Shown here piece after piece: positions 1 to 10,073 of a stretch of 39,747 bases of DNA. The notes below the pieces were generated by a model. The model saw nothing but the letters and a program-made list of their open reading frames with translations. It did not search any database and was not told the DNA's origin. Position 1 is the stretch's first letter. Each line of letters begins with the position of its first letter. The position numbers and the translations under genes are program-made. Source of the stretch: a virus (lineage: Duplodnaviria > Caudoviricetes); the IMG/VR virus record IMGVR_UViG_3300029822_000030, positions 1 to 39,747 of that record; one strand, written 5' to 3'.

Positions 1-98
1 TCTGTCCTCAGTCCGACCTGCCGCCGAATAAAACTCATAAGAGCCTCTGGTAATCCAAACACTACACACCACCCCCTACTAAATATTCCCCGACCCAG
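1..98. repeat. Terminal direct repeat, left copy (circular-assembly overlap)
   Basis: 1-98 is identical to 39648-39745. Position 99 (C) differs from 39746 (G). Confidence 0.97.
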
Positions 99-796
99 CT
101 GTATGTCACTACATCCCTAATACCACCGCCAGGACCATCCCCCGGTGGCAGATACCTGTAAACCTTGCCGACAATCTCCCCGGAGTATTCCACGGTAGTA
201 TAGCCAGTTCCGGCATAGATACTGTGTATCAGTTCTCCTGTTTCCCCCGAGAGTACCCTAAAATGCAGGGCATTATTTGGGGTCCAAGCCCCGCTTTCTC
301 CAGCCCTGTAGTAGGCCGGATAGTTGGCATCCTGGGCAGCCTCTCCGACCCAGTCAAGTTTGTTTGTAGCATCGCCATTTCGTACGACCACCAGCCAATA
401 TTGGCCGCCAGAGGTAAGACCAGAGAGCCCGATCGGTATCGACCAGTAGGCTTTTGTCTCCGGTATAAACTCTTTGGGCACGACTACCTCTTTGAGCAGG
501 GTACCATCAGCCCCCGCTGCCGGATCCATGCCCTCACGGATCTGTACCACCAGGTCGGCTCCCAGACCATCCCGGTCAAGCTCTAGCTCCACCCGGCCTA
601 TTCCGGTCGAACCGGTGAGCGTGAACCGTGCGCAGTAGGAGTAGTCAGCTATGCTGTTTTCGACCACACCGCTGCCGGTTTTAGCATCTCTCTGGGTACC
701 CTCATAAATGAGTTGAAACGGTTGGAGGGCCAGCATCTGGTTTAGGTTGTCCTGATTTAATAGTGTTTTTCCGTCCTTAAATGCGTTCAACGTCAT
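62..796 (-). CDS. Tail/baseplate-associated protein
   Basis: 244-aa beta-rich ORF in the distal tail module, ATGA-coupled to the upstream gene. Confidence 0.6.
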   Translation of the reverse strand: MTLNAFKDGKTLLNQDNLNQMLALQPFQLIYEGTQRDAKTGSGVVENSIADYSYCARFTLTGSTGIGRVELELDRDGLGADLVVQIREGMDPAAGADGTLLKEVVVPKEFIPETKAYWSIPIGLSGLTSGGQYWLVVVRNGDATNKLDWVGEAAQDANYPAYYRAGESGAWTPNNALHFRVLSGETGELIHSIYAGTGYTTVEYSGEIVGKVYRYLPPGDGPGGGIRDVVTYSWVGEYLVGGGV

Positions 797-1266
797 GCAC
801 TCACCCCCTGGAATTTGATTCGCACCTCTACCGTAAGCGTCTGATTCGACACTTTCCGGATGCCACCTGCAGGCAGTATCCGGTTAAGCATCTGACCGCT
901 GTCCTTTACGTCTGTCCCGGCCAGCATGATCCCCATTTCGCTCCATTCACCGTTAGCCTCGGTGGTGGTCAGGAAAAACCTCAGTCTTACCTCGTTCAGC
1001 TCCCGGGTCTTGCTGGTCAGGATTTTGCGGAACCCTTCAATCTCTAGCTTCTTGTCTCCGGTGGCCGCCGCCGTGGTACCGGTTCCTAAAGCCAGATACA
1101 TAGCGTTATTTGCGGGCAATTCTGCAATAAAAAGAGCGGCCAACGCTTCAAGGCCGCTCTGTGTTATGAGATTATGTTCTTCCCGGGTCTCCAGTATGTT
1201 TCCGTCTTTGTCGCGCCAGACGAATAGCCAGGTGCCGGAGACGCCGATGTTTTCTTTCATGTTCAA
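793..1266 (-). CDS. Tail (baseplate/fibre-anchoring) protein
   Basis: N-LITxxG...YLALGTGTTAA...EANGEWSEMGI pattern typical of phage tail-fibre N-terminal/baseplate proteins. Likely start is the ATG at 1260. Confidence 0.65.
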   Translation of the reverse strand: MNMKENIGVSGTWLFVWRDKDGNILETREEHNLITQSGLEALAALFIAELPANNAMYLALGTGTTAAATGDKKLEIEGFRKILTSKTRELNEVRLRFFLTTTEANGEWSEMGIMLAGTDVKDSGQMLNRILPAGGIRKVSNQTLTVEVRIKFQGVSA

Positions 1267-1320
1267 AAGCCCCCTTTCAAGGGAAAATGTTATTACGCTA
1301 TCGCTTACTCGATAGCTCTA

Positions 1321-2412
1321 TTAAACAAAGGGAAGTTTAAGAGTTTGAAAAACCCTCTGTTGTGACCCACCATTAAGTGTGTATGTTTGACATATAGTCA
1401 AGTATTTACCACATGGAGAAATTAGGGGTTGCTGAAAATAATGTACATCTCCCACATTTAAAGGTACTTCATAAATTCGTTTCCAATTAGTGCCATCCAT
1501 AGACCAATAGATATAAGCTGAATTACTATGTACCCCTCGTTCCGGTGCGTTTTCAGCCTGGTCAAACAATATATACCCATTGGGATGCTTTAGAATATAA
1601 TAACAAACGTTATTAATATATCCTACCGTTGTTACTTCTAACGTCACCTTGTTAAGCATGTGTATCGTAAAATCATTCGCCGTTTGTAAGTCTTTTCCCC
1701 ACAAGACATATCTCTTGTTGAAAGCCAACGAAACAGCCGTGAGTGAATCATCGTTGGTTAATTGTGTAGTTAAATTTACTCCGTCTGTAGTAGTAGCTAA
1801 AAAAGAATCCGTTTTTGCGTCACCAGAGGCAACCCAAAAGACCTCGCTGTACTCATCCCAACGAACACAGTGAATATGCTTAATTTTACCTTCGCCATTT
1901 GTAGGCCAACTCTTCCCAACATTCCAGGTTATACCATCATCTATGCTGACATATAGATTTATAGCTGTTTTATCTATTGTGGTGTCTGTGGTATATTCCC
2001 CAAGCAAAACAACGCCATTCTCATTGCTGTCCCAACCCAAATCATTAATCATCGGGCCTGTCTTGTTTGTTAGTGTTAGTACGTCAGTCCAGTCAGTTAA
2101 ATTTATGCTCCTAGAAACAGTTAATTGCGTAGTAGAAGTTCTACGAATGCAAAGAAAAGCCCCTAGTTTCGTTTTAATAAACGCTGCAATTGAACCATTG
2201 GAAAACTCATAAACATAAGGCGCTAGGGTTTTGCCATAATCGGATGTTTTATATATTCGTCCTCCTAGCGTTAAATATAGTTCGTTGTCATGCCAAAATC
2301 TAGCCGTGAAATTATTAACTTTATCAGGTCTGGTGTAATACTCTATTGCCCACGGCTGTTTGTCTGTATATTCTTGGGCATCAGATAGCATGTATGGGTT
2401 AAATCGCGACAT
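1321..2412 (-). CDS. Asp-box (BNR) beta-propeller protein, candidate receptor-binding or glycan-binding protein
   Basis: Asp-box motifs TSDYGKT, SIDDGITW and SMDGTNW. Visibly more AT-rich than the flanking tail genes. Confidence 0.65.
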   Translation of the reverse strand: MSRFNPYMLSDAQEYTDKQPWAIEYYTRPDKVNNFTARFWHDNELYLTLGGRIYKTSDYGKTLAPYVYEFSNGSIAAFIKTKLGAFLCIRRTSTTQLTVSRSINLTDWTDVLTLTNKTGPMINDLGWDSNENGVVLLGEYTTDTTIDKTAINLYVSIDDGITWNVGKSWPTNGEGKIKHIHCVRWDEYSEVFWVASGDAKTDSFLATTTDGVNLTTQLTNDDSLTAVSLAFNKRYVLWGKDLQTANDFTIHMLNKVTLEVTTVGYINNVCYYILKHPNGYILFDQAENAPERGVHSNSAYIYWSMDGTNWKRIYEVPLNVGDVHYFQQPLISPCGKYLTICQTYTLNGGSQQRVFQTLKLPFV

Positions 2413-3103
2413 AACTTATCCCCTCCCCGCTTACTGAGGAATCGATGTAGATTTCATTTGCATTTTTCACAGGGAAGGTAAAACTATCTTTAGCGGCAAG
2501 TTCAACACCATAAACAGTTGAAGAAACAGTATTCTTTCCGGCATAAATATAACCTGTGTTTGTCCGTTTTGCGATTATAGTAACCTCTCTGCAAGAAACA
2601 TTAGGAAGTTGTACCCTTGTTCCTGCGGTGGTCACATTTGTCGCATTTGCTTCTGCGAGTATACTGCCCGATAGTTGAGTAACAGCCGGGGTCGTCCCCG
2701 CTGTAATTGCGTCTATTTTGTCCTCTAAGGATTTTAACCTCGCCAGTAAAGTGTTAGCTGTAGGTGCGGCCTGCACTTCGCCGACAAGAGCATTTAAGGC
2801 CGTCTGCTTGGCCTCGGTTGCAGGCGCGGCTATTATCTTAGCTAGTATCGCCGCTAATGTGGTCTGTGTTGCAAAGTCCTTTCCCTTGATGTCATTCAGC
2901 AGAGATTCAACCTCACTTGCACTTACGGCCAGCTTGCCGGCGCTGGTACTTATCGGGTTCCCGTCCGGGCCATAAAGCTCTACTCGTCCCGCATTATTTC
3001 GACCATATATCGGCTCATAATCATCTGCTATGGGGTTGAAGTGCTGTGGCACTGGAGTTATACCAGAGCCATCTCGTTTTAATGTTTTATCATCAAATGG
3101 CAT
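2399..3103 (-). CDS. Tail fibre/RBP-carrier protein
   Basis: Helical Ala/Leu-rich middle segment followed by a small beta-sandwich C-terminus. Start MPFDDK follows AGGTGTG. Located in the tail module. Confidence 0.55.
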   Translation of the reverse strand: MPFDDKTLKRDGSGITPVPQHFNPIADDYEPIYGRNNAGRVELYGPDGNPISTSAGKLAVSASEVESLLNDIKGKDFATQTTLAAILAKIIAAPATEAKQTALNALVGEVQAAPTANTLLARLKSLEDKIDAITAGTTPAVTQLSGSILAEANATNVTTAGTRVQLPNVSCREVTIIAKRTNTGYIYAGKNTVSSTVYGVELAAKDSFTFPVKNANEIYIDSSVSGEGISYVAI

Positions 3104-3104
3104 A

Positions 3105-3434
3105 TCACACACCTATCCTTTCTAATATATTCACCAGCAAGTAGCCGTCATTCGGGAATGTCTCCCGGTTCCCATCCTGATATACTACTCTAAACTCAAT
3201 CCGGTACAATCCGGGCGTCTCTGTTTCCTCGGGTTGCCACACCAACCAGACTTCGCCGGTGGCAGCATCAGCTATATAGGCATCCCGCAAAAATTTTATT
3301 GCCGGCTGGGAGTAGTGCTGTATCGCTACCTGTACCGTTGCGCCTGTGAGGTTTACCGGGTTGCCCGACGCATCCTTAAGCCGTACCTTCATTGCCGGTT
3401 GGGTATCATCTTGTTTTATGTTTATCGTTGTCAC
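3105..3434 (-). CDS. BppU-like N-terminal domain (upper baseplate) protein
   Basis: IKQDDTQP...PVNLTGATV...GLYRIEFRVVY...ETFP signature. GTG start at 3434 after GGAGGTGG. Confidence 0.75.
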   Translation of the reverse strand: MTTINIKQDDTQPAMKVRLKDASGNPVNLTGATVQVAIQHYSQPAIKFLRDAYIADAATGEVWLVWQPEETETPGLYRIEFRVVYQDGNRETFPNDGYLLVNILERIGV

Positions 3435-3568
3435 TCCGGCTCCACCTCCTCGTATATACAAACGGGGAAATTGGGGGCAAGAAAATACCAAGTGAGCACT
3501 ACCCTGAAAAGACCACCGCCGGGCAGGTCTATCGTGTTTTGACCTGTCAATATCTCTACACTGTTCAT
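3431..3568 (-). CDS. Small hypothetical protein (45 aa, MNSVEILTGQ...EEVEPE), not in the ORF track
   Basis: Read manually. Its ATG overlaps the TAA of 3568..5025 and its TGA overlaps the GTG of the BppU-like gene, so it is coupled at both ends. Confidence 0.65.
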   Translation of the reverse strand: MNSVEILTGQNTIDLPGGGLFRVVLTWYFLAPNFPVCIYEEVEPE

Positions 3569-5025
3569 TACCAATCCTCCCTTGCTACGGGCATACTACC
3601 AAGGAATGCCCAATCACCACCGCTATCAAGCATCACGAACCCGCATATTGCATCAGGAGCACCGCAGACATACGGCAGATTTCTGGGCGTGTCGGTCATT
3701 GTGTCAGATACCCCGACGGTTTCCGTCTGCCGGTTAAACTTGCTCAGGATGGCGGTTTCGGCCAGCTGCTTCTTCTGCTGAGCGCTGACCAGAGCCTTTA
3801 GGAAATCTGCTATGCCCAGCAAGCGGCCGCCGTACTCTATGCGGTACGTCCAGATGCTAGGGTTCGGCCATGTCGGGGATATGGATACCCTCTGGACTAA
3901 ATACTCCCCGACTACACCCCGGTCAGGCAGATTGATATTGACTATCTGCCCGGGCTGCCAGCCGGGCACTTCTGTTTCAAAACTACCTTTCACTCTCGGG
4001 TTAGCGTGTTCTCTGAGGTCAGCCATGCCCGCCGCCTCTGCGGCTTGGATAGTGGTCAGGCTATCATCGGGTATCACGTGCTCATATACGCCGTCCCCGC
4101 CTTGAACCTGAGCAATCGCAGCTTGACTGGCATAGTCCTCTACCACCGTAATCACTGGGATGTCCTGTTTTGCTGTCAGGCTCATGGTTATACCGTTAAT
4201 CGGGGTGGCGGTCTGGCTACTGCACCGAATGTATTTCTCGCTAAAACTCATCATGTAGTCAAAGTCGGCCTCCTTGTGCAGGTTCTCGACACCTACGGTT
4301 TTGCCTACTTCGCCTACCTTGAAACTTATCTCATGCGGTCCCCATGGTATGTTCCACACCCGGGCAACGCCATCAGCCTTCCATTCAACTGGTATAGGGT
4401 CAGATAGCATCGTACCACCCCTGACATACACCCGGTTTCTAAGCCCCTGGGTATCTACACTGTGTTTCCCAAACCGAAACGGCCCGCCGGGTACTAATAC
4501 CAACGGGGCGGGGCTGGCTTCTACACTGAAAAAATGTAAGTCCTTATAATAATCTGGTTGCCAATGCCATCCTACATAGTCGCAGAGCCATTTAAAGCAC
4601 TCGCTGGGTCGCTTGTACTCAAACTCTGCGCCAGTGCTTTCCACGGTAGGTGCGCCGGATTGAACACCGTTGACGGTAAACCCGGGACAATATTTTGCAA
4701 CGATGTCCCGGAATATCTCATCAGCAGGCATATTCTCATAGGTCTCCACCACAAGTTTACTATCCAATAATACGGTATAATTATCACACTCTATTGAATA
4801 AAGCTTCAAATCCTTGTCTATGAGTTCCACCCAGACAATAATACCTGCAAAGAGGCGACCTATAGTGCCGTCTTCAATAATAATTTCTTCCCCCTCACAG
4901 GGGGGTTCACCAACCACTGATAAAGAGCAAGTACCTACCTCTTGAGTTAATCCTGCCTCTATTTGCAAAGTATCTCTTACATATTGTTTCCAACACTCTA
5001 CTCCGGCTATTTTTAAACTTCTCAC
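3568..5025 (-). CDS. Baseplate hub/Tal-like tail protein
   Basis: Directly follows the tape measure gene. Has hub-like segments (LRNRVYVRGG; PGWQPGQIVNINLP...YLVQRV). Confidence 0.7.
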   Translation of the reverse strand: MRSLKIAGVECWKQYVRDTLQIEAGLTQEVGTCSLSVVGEPPCEGEEIIIEDGTIGRLFAGIIVWVELIDKDLKLYSIECDNYTVLLDSKLVVETYENMPADEIFRDIVAKYCPGFTVNGVQSGAPTVESTGAEFEYKRPSECFKWLCDYVGWHWQPDYYKDLHFFSVEASPAPLVLVPGGPFRFGKHSVDTQGLRNRVYVRGGTMLSDPIPVEWKADGVARVWNIPWGPHEISFKVGEVGKTVGVENLHKEADFDYMMSFSEKYIRCSSQTATPINGITMSLTAKQDIPVITVVEDYASQAAIAQVQGGDGVYEHVIPDDSLTTIQAAEAAGMADLREHANPRVKGSFETEVPGWQPGQIVNINLPDRGVVGEYLVQRVSISPTWPNPSIWTYRIEYGGRLLGIADFLKALVSAQQKKQLAETAILSKFNRQTETVGVSDTMTDTPRNLPYVCGAPDAICGFVMLDSGGDWAFLGSMPVAREDW

Positions 5026-7923
5026 CTAAAACCTCACCCCCAACTTGTGGAGTTCCCGCATAATCTGTTCTGCTTGGTCTCTGGCAGTATTACCTTGGAC
5101 AGTAATGTTAAAATCCCCATACTTTGTACTGTTACTCACTGTGGATAACGCAGGGCTCATGGCCCCAGCAGTAAGTGAGGACATACCATTCATTACGCTT
5201 TCTAATCTGGGCATACTTGCCTTTATACCCTCAGCAAAGGTGTCAATCAAGGCTGGACCCCATTCTCCCAACCTTTTCAAAGGACCAACCTTAGCAGGAC
5301 TATGAGGCATATAGCTATCTACTATTGAAGCTGCTTGTTCTAGGGTATTTCTTAACACATCAAACTGAGACTGCATACCCGAGGTGAAGTTTTGCATTAA
5401 ACTCACCCCATAGTTGGTCCCAGCTTTGGCTATACTCTCAAACTTATCCTGTATCTTGTTCATTTCTTCATCGGCATTCTTGCGTATCTCTGCGTTTTTC
5501 TTTTCCCACTCAATTCGGTACAGTTCAAGCTGTTCGCTGGCTTTTTGCCGTATCTCCGTGAGCTTGGTTTGCATTTCTACCCTTTGTTGTTCTAGTTGAC
5601 TAACTGCTTCCTCTCTAGCTGATTGATTTTTACTATGCCATAAAGCTACATATTCAGTCAATTCGTCATCAGTTAGGGTATTTAAAGCAGCAATCTCAGG
5701 ACCAGCCTTTGGGCCCATCTTTCTAAGTTCTTCAATTAGTCCTTCGTCTACCCCTCTAGCAGCCAAATCCGATATATTCTCCCGCCAGCTATCAAAAGCT
5801 TCTGCCTGCCCACGCAGATTTGTTAATAATTGTTGTCCAGAGACGTTTTTCTGACTAACCGCATCGAATATACCGACAAAGTTGCTTATGGCTTCAGTTC
5901 TTGATTTTATTTGGTCTTGATATTGTCTGGTGACATTGGCCTCGTCAGCCAACATTCTGGTATTGGTTTCTTTGACCTTTTCTTGGTAAGTTTGTAAGGC
6001 TGAGACCAAATCGTCTTTGTACTTCTTCTCAACCTTGGTTACTTCAGCAGACAAATCTCTCATCTGTTTAGCTTGGTCTTTAAGGGAATTAGTTGTGTTA
6101 TACAGCTCCTTCTGTAAATCGGACAATGCTTTTTGTTCTTCCAGCAGCTTGAGCTTGAGTTGTTGTGCCTCCTTGGAATTTTCACCTTTTTCAATTTTCA
6201 TTTTCTCATACCCTTGGGAAGTAGCAGTAATTACTTGCTTTTGTACATCTATCTGGGCCGTAAGAGAATCCATGTCGTTTTTTAGTTGCTGGGCCTTAGT
6301 TCCAGTCATTTCTAGTTCATTGCCAACTATACCAAAAGATGCTTTTATTTGAGAAAGTTTAGTTTTCAATACCTCAGCAGTAGCCTCCCAAGCAGACTGT
6401 AATTCCTTGGCAACACCTTTAGAAGCAGCAATAATACCGCTACTATCTGCTCCAGAGGTAGCCTGTTGTTGGTCTGACCCAGTCAAATGCTCAAATTTTT
6501 GCTTGAAATCAGACATGCTCAAAGCACCTTTGCCAGGGGTAGACCAATTTGAAAAAGCCTCTTTAATATCCCCAGCAGAAGATTTTAAATTAGATGCAGA
6601 CTTTTTCATAAGGTCAGCTTGTCTCTCTGCTTCTTTGCTGGCTGCTCCACCTTTATCTGCTATAGCTTTTTGAGCCTTGTCAAAAGATTTTTCAAAAGCT
6701 GGGGCTATATTACCGATTACTCCAACAACTGGGCTAACAGCATTTAAGATGCTGCTCAATAACCCAAATACTACTGACTTTAATTTGTTAAAAGCAGTCA
6801 TAACTCCAGCTACCATAGTGCTAAAATATACTTGTATAGCCGAAGTCACAGATTTGACTTTATTCTGTATTCCAAACATATTGCTGCTCCAGGCCTCGTG
6901 GATAAGATAAGCTATTGCTGCAAGAGCTGCTCCTGCTGCGATAAAAGGAGAAAGGGGAACTATAGCTGCCCATATAGCCTTGGCCAAAGCAATAAACGCA
7001 GGAATAAGGGCTGCAGTGATAGCCCCGGCAATAGCTGCAATAGCTGTCTTAGCAACAAGAGACATTTGTTCTAAGGCCCCTTGCAAACCTTCGTCTGCTA
7101 TAAGCTGACGCAATCTATCCAAACTATCAACAGCAGTCTTCAGTTTACCCTTGAGGGAAAAATTTTCTATAAGGTCTTCACCAATACCAGTCATTATCTG
7201 GCTTATGTTATCTTTAAAGTTTGACCAGATACCAAGCAGCGATTCTGATTGTTTTTCCATCATGTTCGGGAATTTTTCATTCATGCCTTCAAGTATGGCA
7301 TTAATTCCCGTAGCAGCAGAAACACCACCTTGCTCTGCCTTTTTCATGGCTTCAGGTATAGACACTCCAATACTATCCGCAAGCATCTGCCAAACAGGTA
7401 TACCCAATTCTGCGAGTTGCATCATTTCTTCAGCAGATACTTTACCCTTGGCTTGCATCTGTCCCAGAGCACGAGTAACCCGCTGAATCTCAACATCACC
7501 GCCTCCCAAACCAGATATAGCATTACCGATAGAGGTCATCATGGGAACTATCTGTTGAGACTGAAAACCAAAAGCTAATAGCTGTCTGGATGCACTAGCC
7601 AATCCCTCAAATTCAAAAGGTGTCTTAGCTGCAAAAGCGTAGAGGTCTTTGATAAAAGCCTCCGAAGCTTGAGCACTACCCAGCATAGTGGTAAAAGCTA
7701 TTCTGGTCTGCTCCAAATCTCCTGCCATCTTTATAGACTTTAAACCAACAGCTCCAAGGGCTGTAGCCAAAATACCTACCCCGGCAGCAAGCCTACTACT
7801 GCTTGCTTCAGCCCCAGATAAGCTGCCCTTTAGTCCTTCTAGTTTGGCTTTGGTACTATTCACAGTTTGGTCAAATTTAGCATCGTCTAAAGTTAATTTA
7901 GCAGAAACTTGTCCTACTTCCAA
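5026..7923 (-). CDS. Tape measure protein
   Basis: 965 aa, tape-measure domain (FAAKTPFE...LGQMQAKGKVSAEEMMQLAE), Ala-rich helices and coiled coil. Follows the chaperone gene. Confidence 0.93.
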   Translation of the reverse strand: MEVGQVSAKLTLDDAKFDQTVNSTKAKLEGLKGSLSGAEASSSRLAAGVGILATALGAVGLKSIKMAGDLEQTRIAFTTMLGSAQASEAFIKDLYAFAAKTPFEFEGLASASRQLLAFGFQSQQIVPMMTSIGNAISGLGGGDVEIQRVTRALGQMQAKGKVSAEEMMQLAELGIPVWQMLADSIGVSIPEAMKKAEQGGVSAATGINAILEGMNEKFPNMMEKQSESLLGIWSNFKDNISQIMTGIGEDLIENFSLKGKLKTAVDSLDRLRQLIADEGLQGALEQMSLVAKTAIAAIAGAITAALIPAFIALAKAIWAAIVPLSPFIAAGAALAAIAYLIHEAWSSNMFGIQNKVKSVTSAIQVYFSTMVAGVMTAFNKLKSVVFGLLSSILNAVSPVVGVIGNIAPAFEKSFDKAQKAIADKGGAASKEAERQADLMKKSASNLKSSAGDIKEAFSNWSTPGKGALSMSDFKQKFEHLTGSDQQQATSGADSSGIIAASKGVAKELQSAWEATAEVLKTKLSQIKASFGIVGNELEMTGTKAQQLKNDMDSLTAQIDVQKQVITATSQGYEKMKIEKGENSKEAQQLKLKLLEEQKALSDLQKELYNTTNSLKDQAKQMRDLSAEVTKVEKKYKDDLVSALQTYQEKVKETNTRMLADEANVTRQYQDQIKSRTEAISNFVGIFDAVSQKNVSGQQLLTNLRGQAEAFDSWRENISDLAARGVDEGLIEELRKMGPKAGPEIAALNTLTDDELTEYVALWHSKNQSAREEAVSQLEQQRVEMQTKLTEIRQKASEQLELYRIEWEKKNAEIRKNADEEMNKIQDKFESIAKAGTNYGVSLMQNFTSGMQSQFDVLRNTLEQAASIVDSYMPHSPAKVGPLKRLGEWGPALIDTFAEGIKASMPRLESVMNGMSSLTAGAMSPALSTVSNSTKYGDFNITVQGNTARDQAEQIMRELHKLGVRF

Positions 7924-7936
7924 CTACATCACCTCC

Positions 7937-8442
7937 CTACCAGGAACTTACCCTTTGCGCTGAAGGCTGTTTCTTGTCCTCTTCTTCAGGGCTATTCACT
8001 TTAATGTGTACATCCAGTAAAGCCTTCAGCTTGCGTGGCGTAGTGTGCCGGAACTTTTCTTCAGACATACCCAAAACTACTGTTCCGGCATAGTATAGGA
8101 AGTCCCAGTCCCATTTTCTAGCAGCTCCCCCAACTTTTTTCCCTCTGGTTCCGGTAAATGACCTTCTACAGCCTCCATGACTTTGGCTGCTATTTCTTGA
8201 ACATTATCAAGATTCAGCCATTTACCTACTTGTCTTGGAGTCAGAGATTCGTCCTCGTGACGTAACCCAGCCCAAAGCATGTCCCGTGTGGCCCTCAAAT
8301 TAAATTTCTGTAACTTATCAAATACTACAGAAACATCGTCGTATATGTCTTCCAGGTCAATAAAGGCATTGAAGTCATATACCAAAGTTCTTTCTTTATC
8401 TAGAGTAATTGGGATAGGTTTTTGAATCACATTATTAGCCAT
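7937..8442 (-). CDS. Tail assembly chaperone G-T fusion via -1 programmed frameshift
   Basis: In-phase slippery G GGA AAA / A AAA AAG at 8143-8134. The -1 frame is open (VGGAARKWDWDFLYYAGTVVLGMSEEKFRHTTPRKL...) to the TAG at 7939-7937. Confidence 0.85.
8077..8442 (-). CDS. Tail assembly chaperone (gpG-like)
   Basis: ITLDKERTLVYDFNAFIDLE...LWAGLRHEDESLT motif. Lies between the major tail and tape measure genes. Confidence 0.85.
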   Translation of the reverse strand: MANNVIQKPIPITLDKERTLVYDFNAFIDLEDIYDDVSVVFDKLQKFNLRATRDMLWAGLRHEDESLTPRQVGKWLNLDNVQEIAAKVMEAVEGHLPEPEGKKLGELLENGTGTSYTMPEQ

Positions 8443-8454
8443 TATATAACCTCC

Positions 8455-8481
8455 CTAAAATAAGGGCAGGATGTCCTGCCC
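8455..8481 (-). terminator. Probable intrinsic terminator/attenuator after the major tail gene
   Basis: GGGCAGG-4 nt-CCTGCCC hairpin (8464-8481) followed by TTATTTT on the minus strand. Confidence 0.55.
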
Positions 8482-8488
8482 CATAAAA

Positions 8489-9037
8489 TTATGATATATC
8501 CACAGCGGTCTCATTGAACACTATGTCTTTGATTTTCTTATCCTTCAGGGTGCCTATGGCCTTGCCAGATGCGCTTATTGTAGCATATTCCTCACTCTGT
8601 ATAGTAAAGCTAAAGCTTGTGCACTTAGCTTTATACAGGATAAAGTGGGCATCCCCAACATCAGCATAATCGGTTTTGGCCTCCAGCTTGAAGTATCCAG
8701 GCAAATCAGTATTTTTCAGGCTATAAGTCTGGGTCTGAGCTGGAGTTACCCCAGCAGCGGTTACTGTACCGCCAATCCACAAAGCCAAGGCATCCAGTGA
8801 AATCTTAGCATGCTCTATTGACCAGTCAATTTGTTCTAATTTTGCATAGGTGTCTATAACAGACTCATCACCTTTGCACTGTTTCTCAATGAAAGTAGGG
8901 CTCAACTTGAGCTGAGTAATACCCGGAACGTCTATGGCAGTACCATAAGTTAAAGTATCTGCAGTATCCACAGATAGAGGGCTTATTTTACAATCGTCTA
9001 AGCCCAGCAATACAGACTCTTTTGCTATTGCCACCAT
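8489..9037 (-). CDS. Major tail tube protein (phi13-like siphovirus type)
   Basis: GLDDCKISPL..D....TYGTAIDVPGI N-terminus. Size and synteny fit. Confidence 0.85.
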   Translation of the reverse strand: MVAIAKESVLLGLDDCKISPLSVDTADTLTYGTAIDVPGITQLKLSPTFIEKQCKGDESVIDTYAKLEQIDWSIEHAKISLDALALWIGGTVTAAGVTPAQTQTYSLKNTDLPGYFKLEAKTDYADVGDAHFILYKAKCTSFSFTIQSEEYATISASGKAIGTLKDKKIKDIVFNETAVDIS

Positions 9038-9050
9038 TTTATACCTCCTT

Positions 9051-9440
9051 TTAGTCTCTTGATGTAGTTACCCCCAAGTTGAACACATAGAGGGTACGAT
9101 TACTTGCGTCAGTTTCCAGAAAATGGGGGGACTGCATGGCTTTTATCTGAGCCTTGCGCCCATTCAGTACTACAACACGATTCTCAGGCTTATCTAAGGC
9201 TTTGAATATAGCCCAACTCTTGGACTTGGCCTGAGCTGAACTTGTGTTTCGTACAGTAATTTGAACAGTGCGCTTTAGGTCAGAAATACCGTATTCTGGA
9301 GGATAGCTACCTGTGTCCCAAATACTTACCAGATTATTAGGCTGGTCTGGTCTAGAATCAAGAAAAACATCTATCCCTGCCCCAGCAACCAACCCAGCAC
9401 TTTTCAGATAGGTAGCTATATCTCTGGTTAATTCAGCCAT
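9051..9440 (-). CDS. Tail terminator / minor capsid-3 type protein
   Basis: PDQPNNLVSIWDTG...VQITVR...YVFNL motifs and synteny. Confidence 0.75.
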   Translation of the reverse strand: MAELTRDIATYLKSAGLVAGAGIDVFLDSRPDQPNNLVSIWDTGSYPPEYGISDLKRTVQITVRNTSSAQAKSKSWAIFKALDKPENRVVVLNGRKAQIKAMQSPHFLETDASNRTLYVFNLGVTTSRD

Positions 9441-9444
9441 TGCA

Positions 9445-9780
9445 TCACCCCAATTCCTTTTTAACCGACAAGTCTACCAGTTTTATTACTTTTTTAACAT
9501 TACGTTTGAATGGGTCTTCAAGATACTTGGCTTTTCTACCTTCAACATGGCGAAGAGTCAAATCTTCATGTTGTTTCCTGGCGTAGGGGGTATTAAAGGA
9601 AATATATACAGAATTACCACTTTCTGTGATAGCTCCAGACCTTTCCAAAGTTCCTGACTCTAAAGGCACTTCGTCAATAGCTTCAGCTAGTATAGCCTCA
9701 GCACCTTCATACAGAGCCTTCATACCAGCCTGGTGAGCTGCTTTCTTCACGGCAGGGCCGTTCCATTTTAGCTCTGCCAT
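9445..9780 (-). CDS. HK97 gp10-like neck protein
   Basis: VPLESGTLERS...FNTPYARKQHE...KAKYLE motif. Confidence 0.8.
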   Translation of the reverse strand: MAELKWNGPAVKKAAHQAGMKALYEGAEAILAEAIDEVPLESGTLERSGAITESGNSVYISFNTPYARKQHEDLTLRHVEGRKAKYLEDPFKRNVKKVIKLVDLSVKKELG

Positions 9781-10073
9781 TACAGATACACCTTCTTACC
9801 AATAATTTGACCCTCTAAGTCAACCATATCTCCTACCGTAATAACAGGCCAGTCCCTACCCCCATAATTTATTATGTCGCCAGGATTAATACTCTCTGTA
9901 CAAATTATTTGAGTCTCAGATATTACTTGTTGACCTTGGGTATTACGCACTAGAGTGCGTCTACCTTTGGCCCGTACTTTTATGTCCTCTGTCACGGTAT
10001 TAGACAATTCCCCATATTCGTTAATAGTTCCAGTAGTCCAAGTAACTGTCTGATTCAAGTAATTGTCTAGCAT
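9780..10073 (-). CDS. Head closure (stopper) protein
   Basis: YLNQTVTW...NEYGE...LVRNTQGQQVIS motif and synteny. Confidence 0.7.
   Translation of the reverse strand: MLDNYLNQTVTWTTGTINEYGELSNTVTEDIKVRAKGRRTLVRNTQGQQVISETQIICTESINPGDIINYGGRDWPVITVGDMVDLEGQIIGKKVYL

Noticed and set aside
1-98. Biological terminal repeat of the virion DNA
   Set aside because: It falls inside coupled tail genes and its length is typical of an assembler k-mer overlap. A PBSX/SPP1-type terminase suggests headful packaging.
62-3112. Diversity-generating retroelement acting on the tail genes
   Set aside because: No reverse transcriptase gene and no template/variable repeat pair seen.
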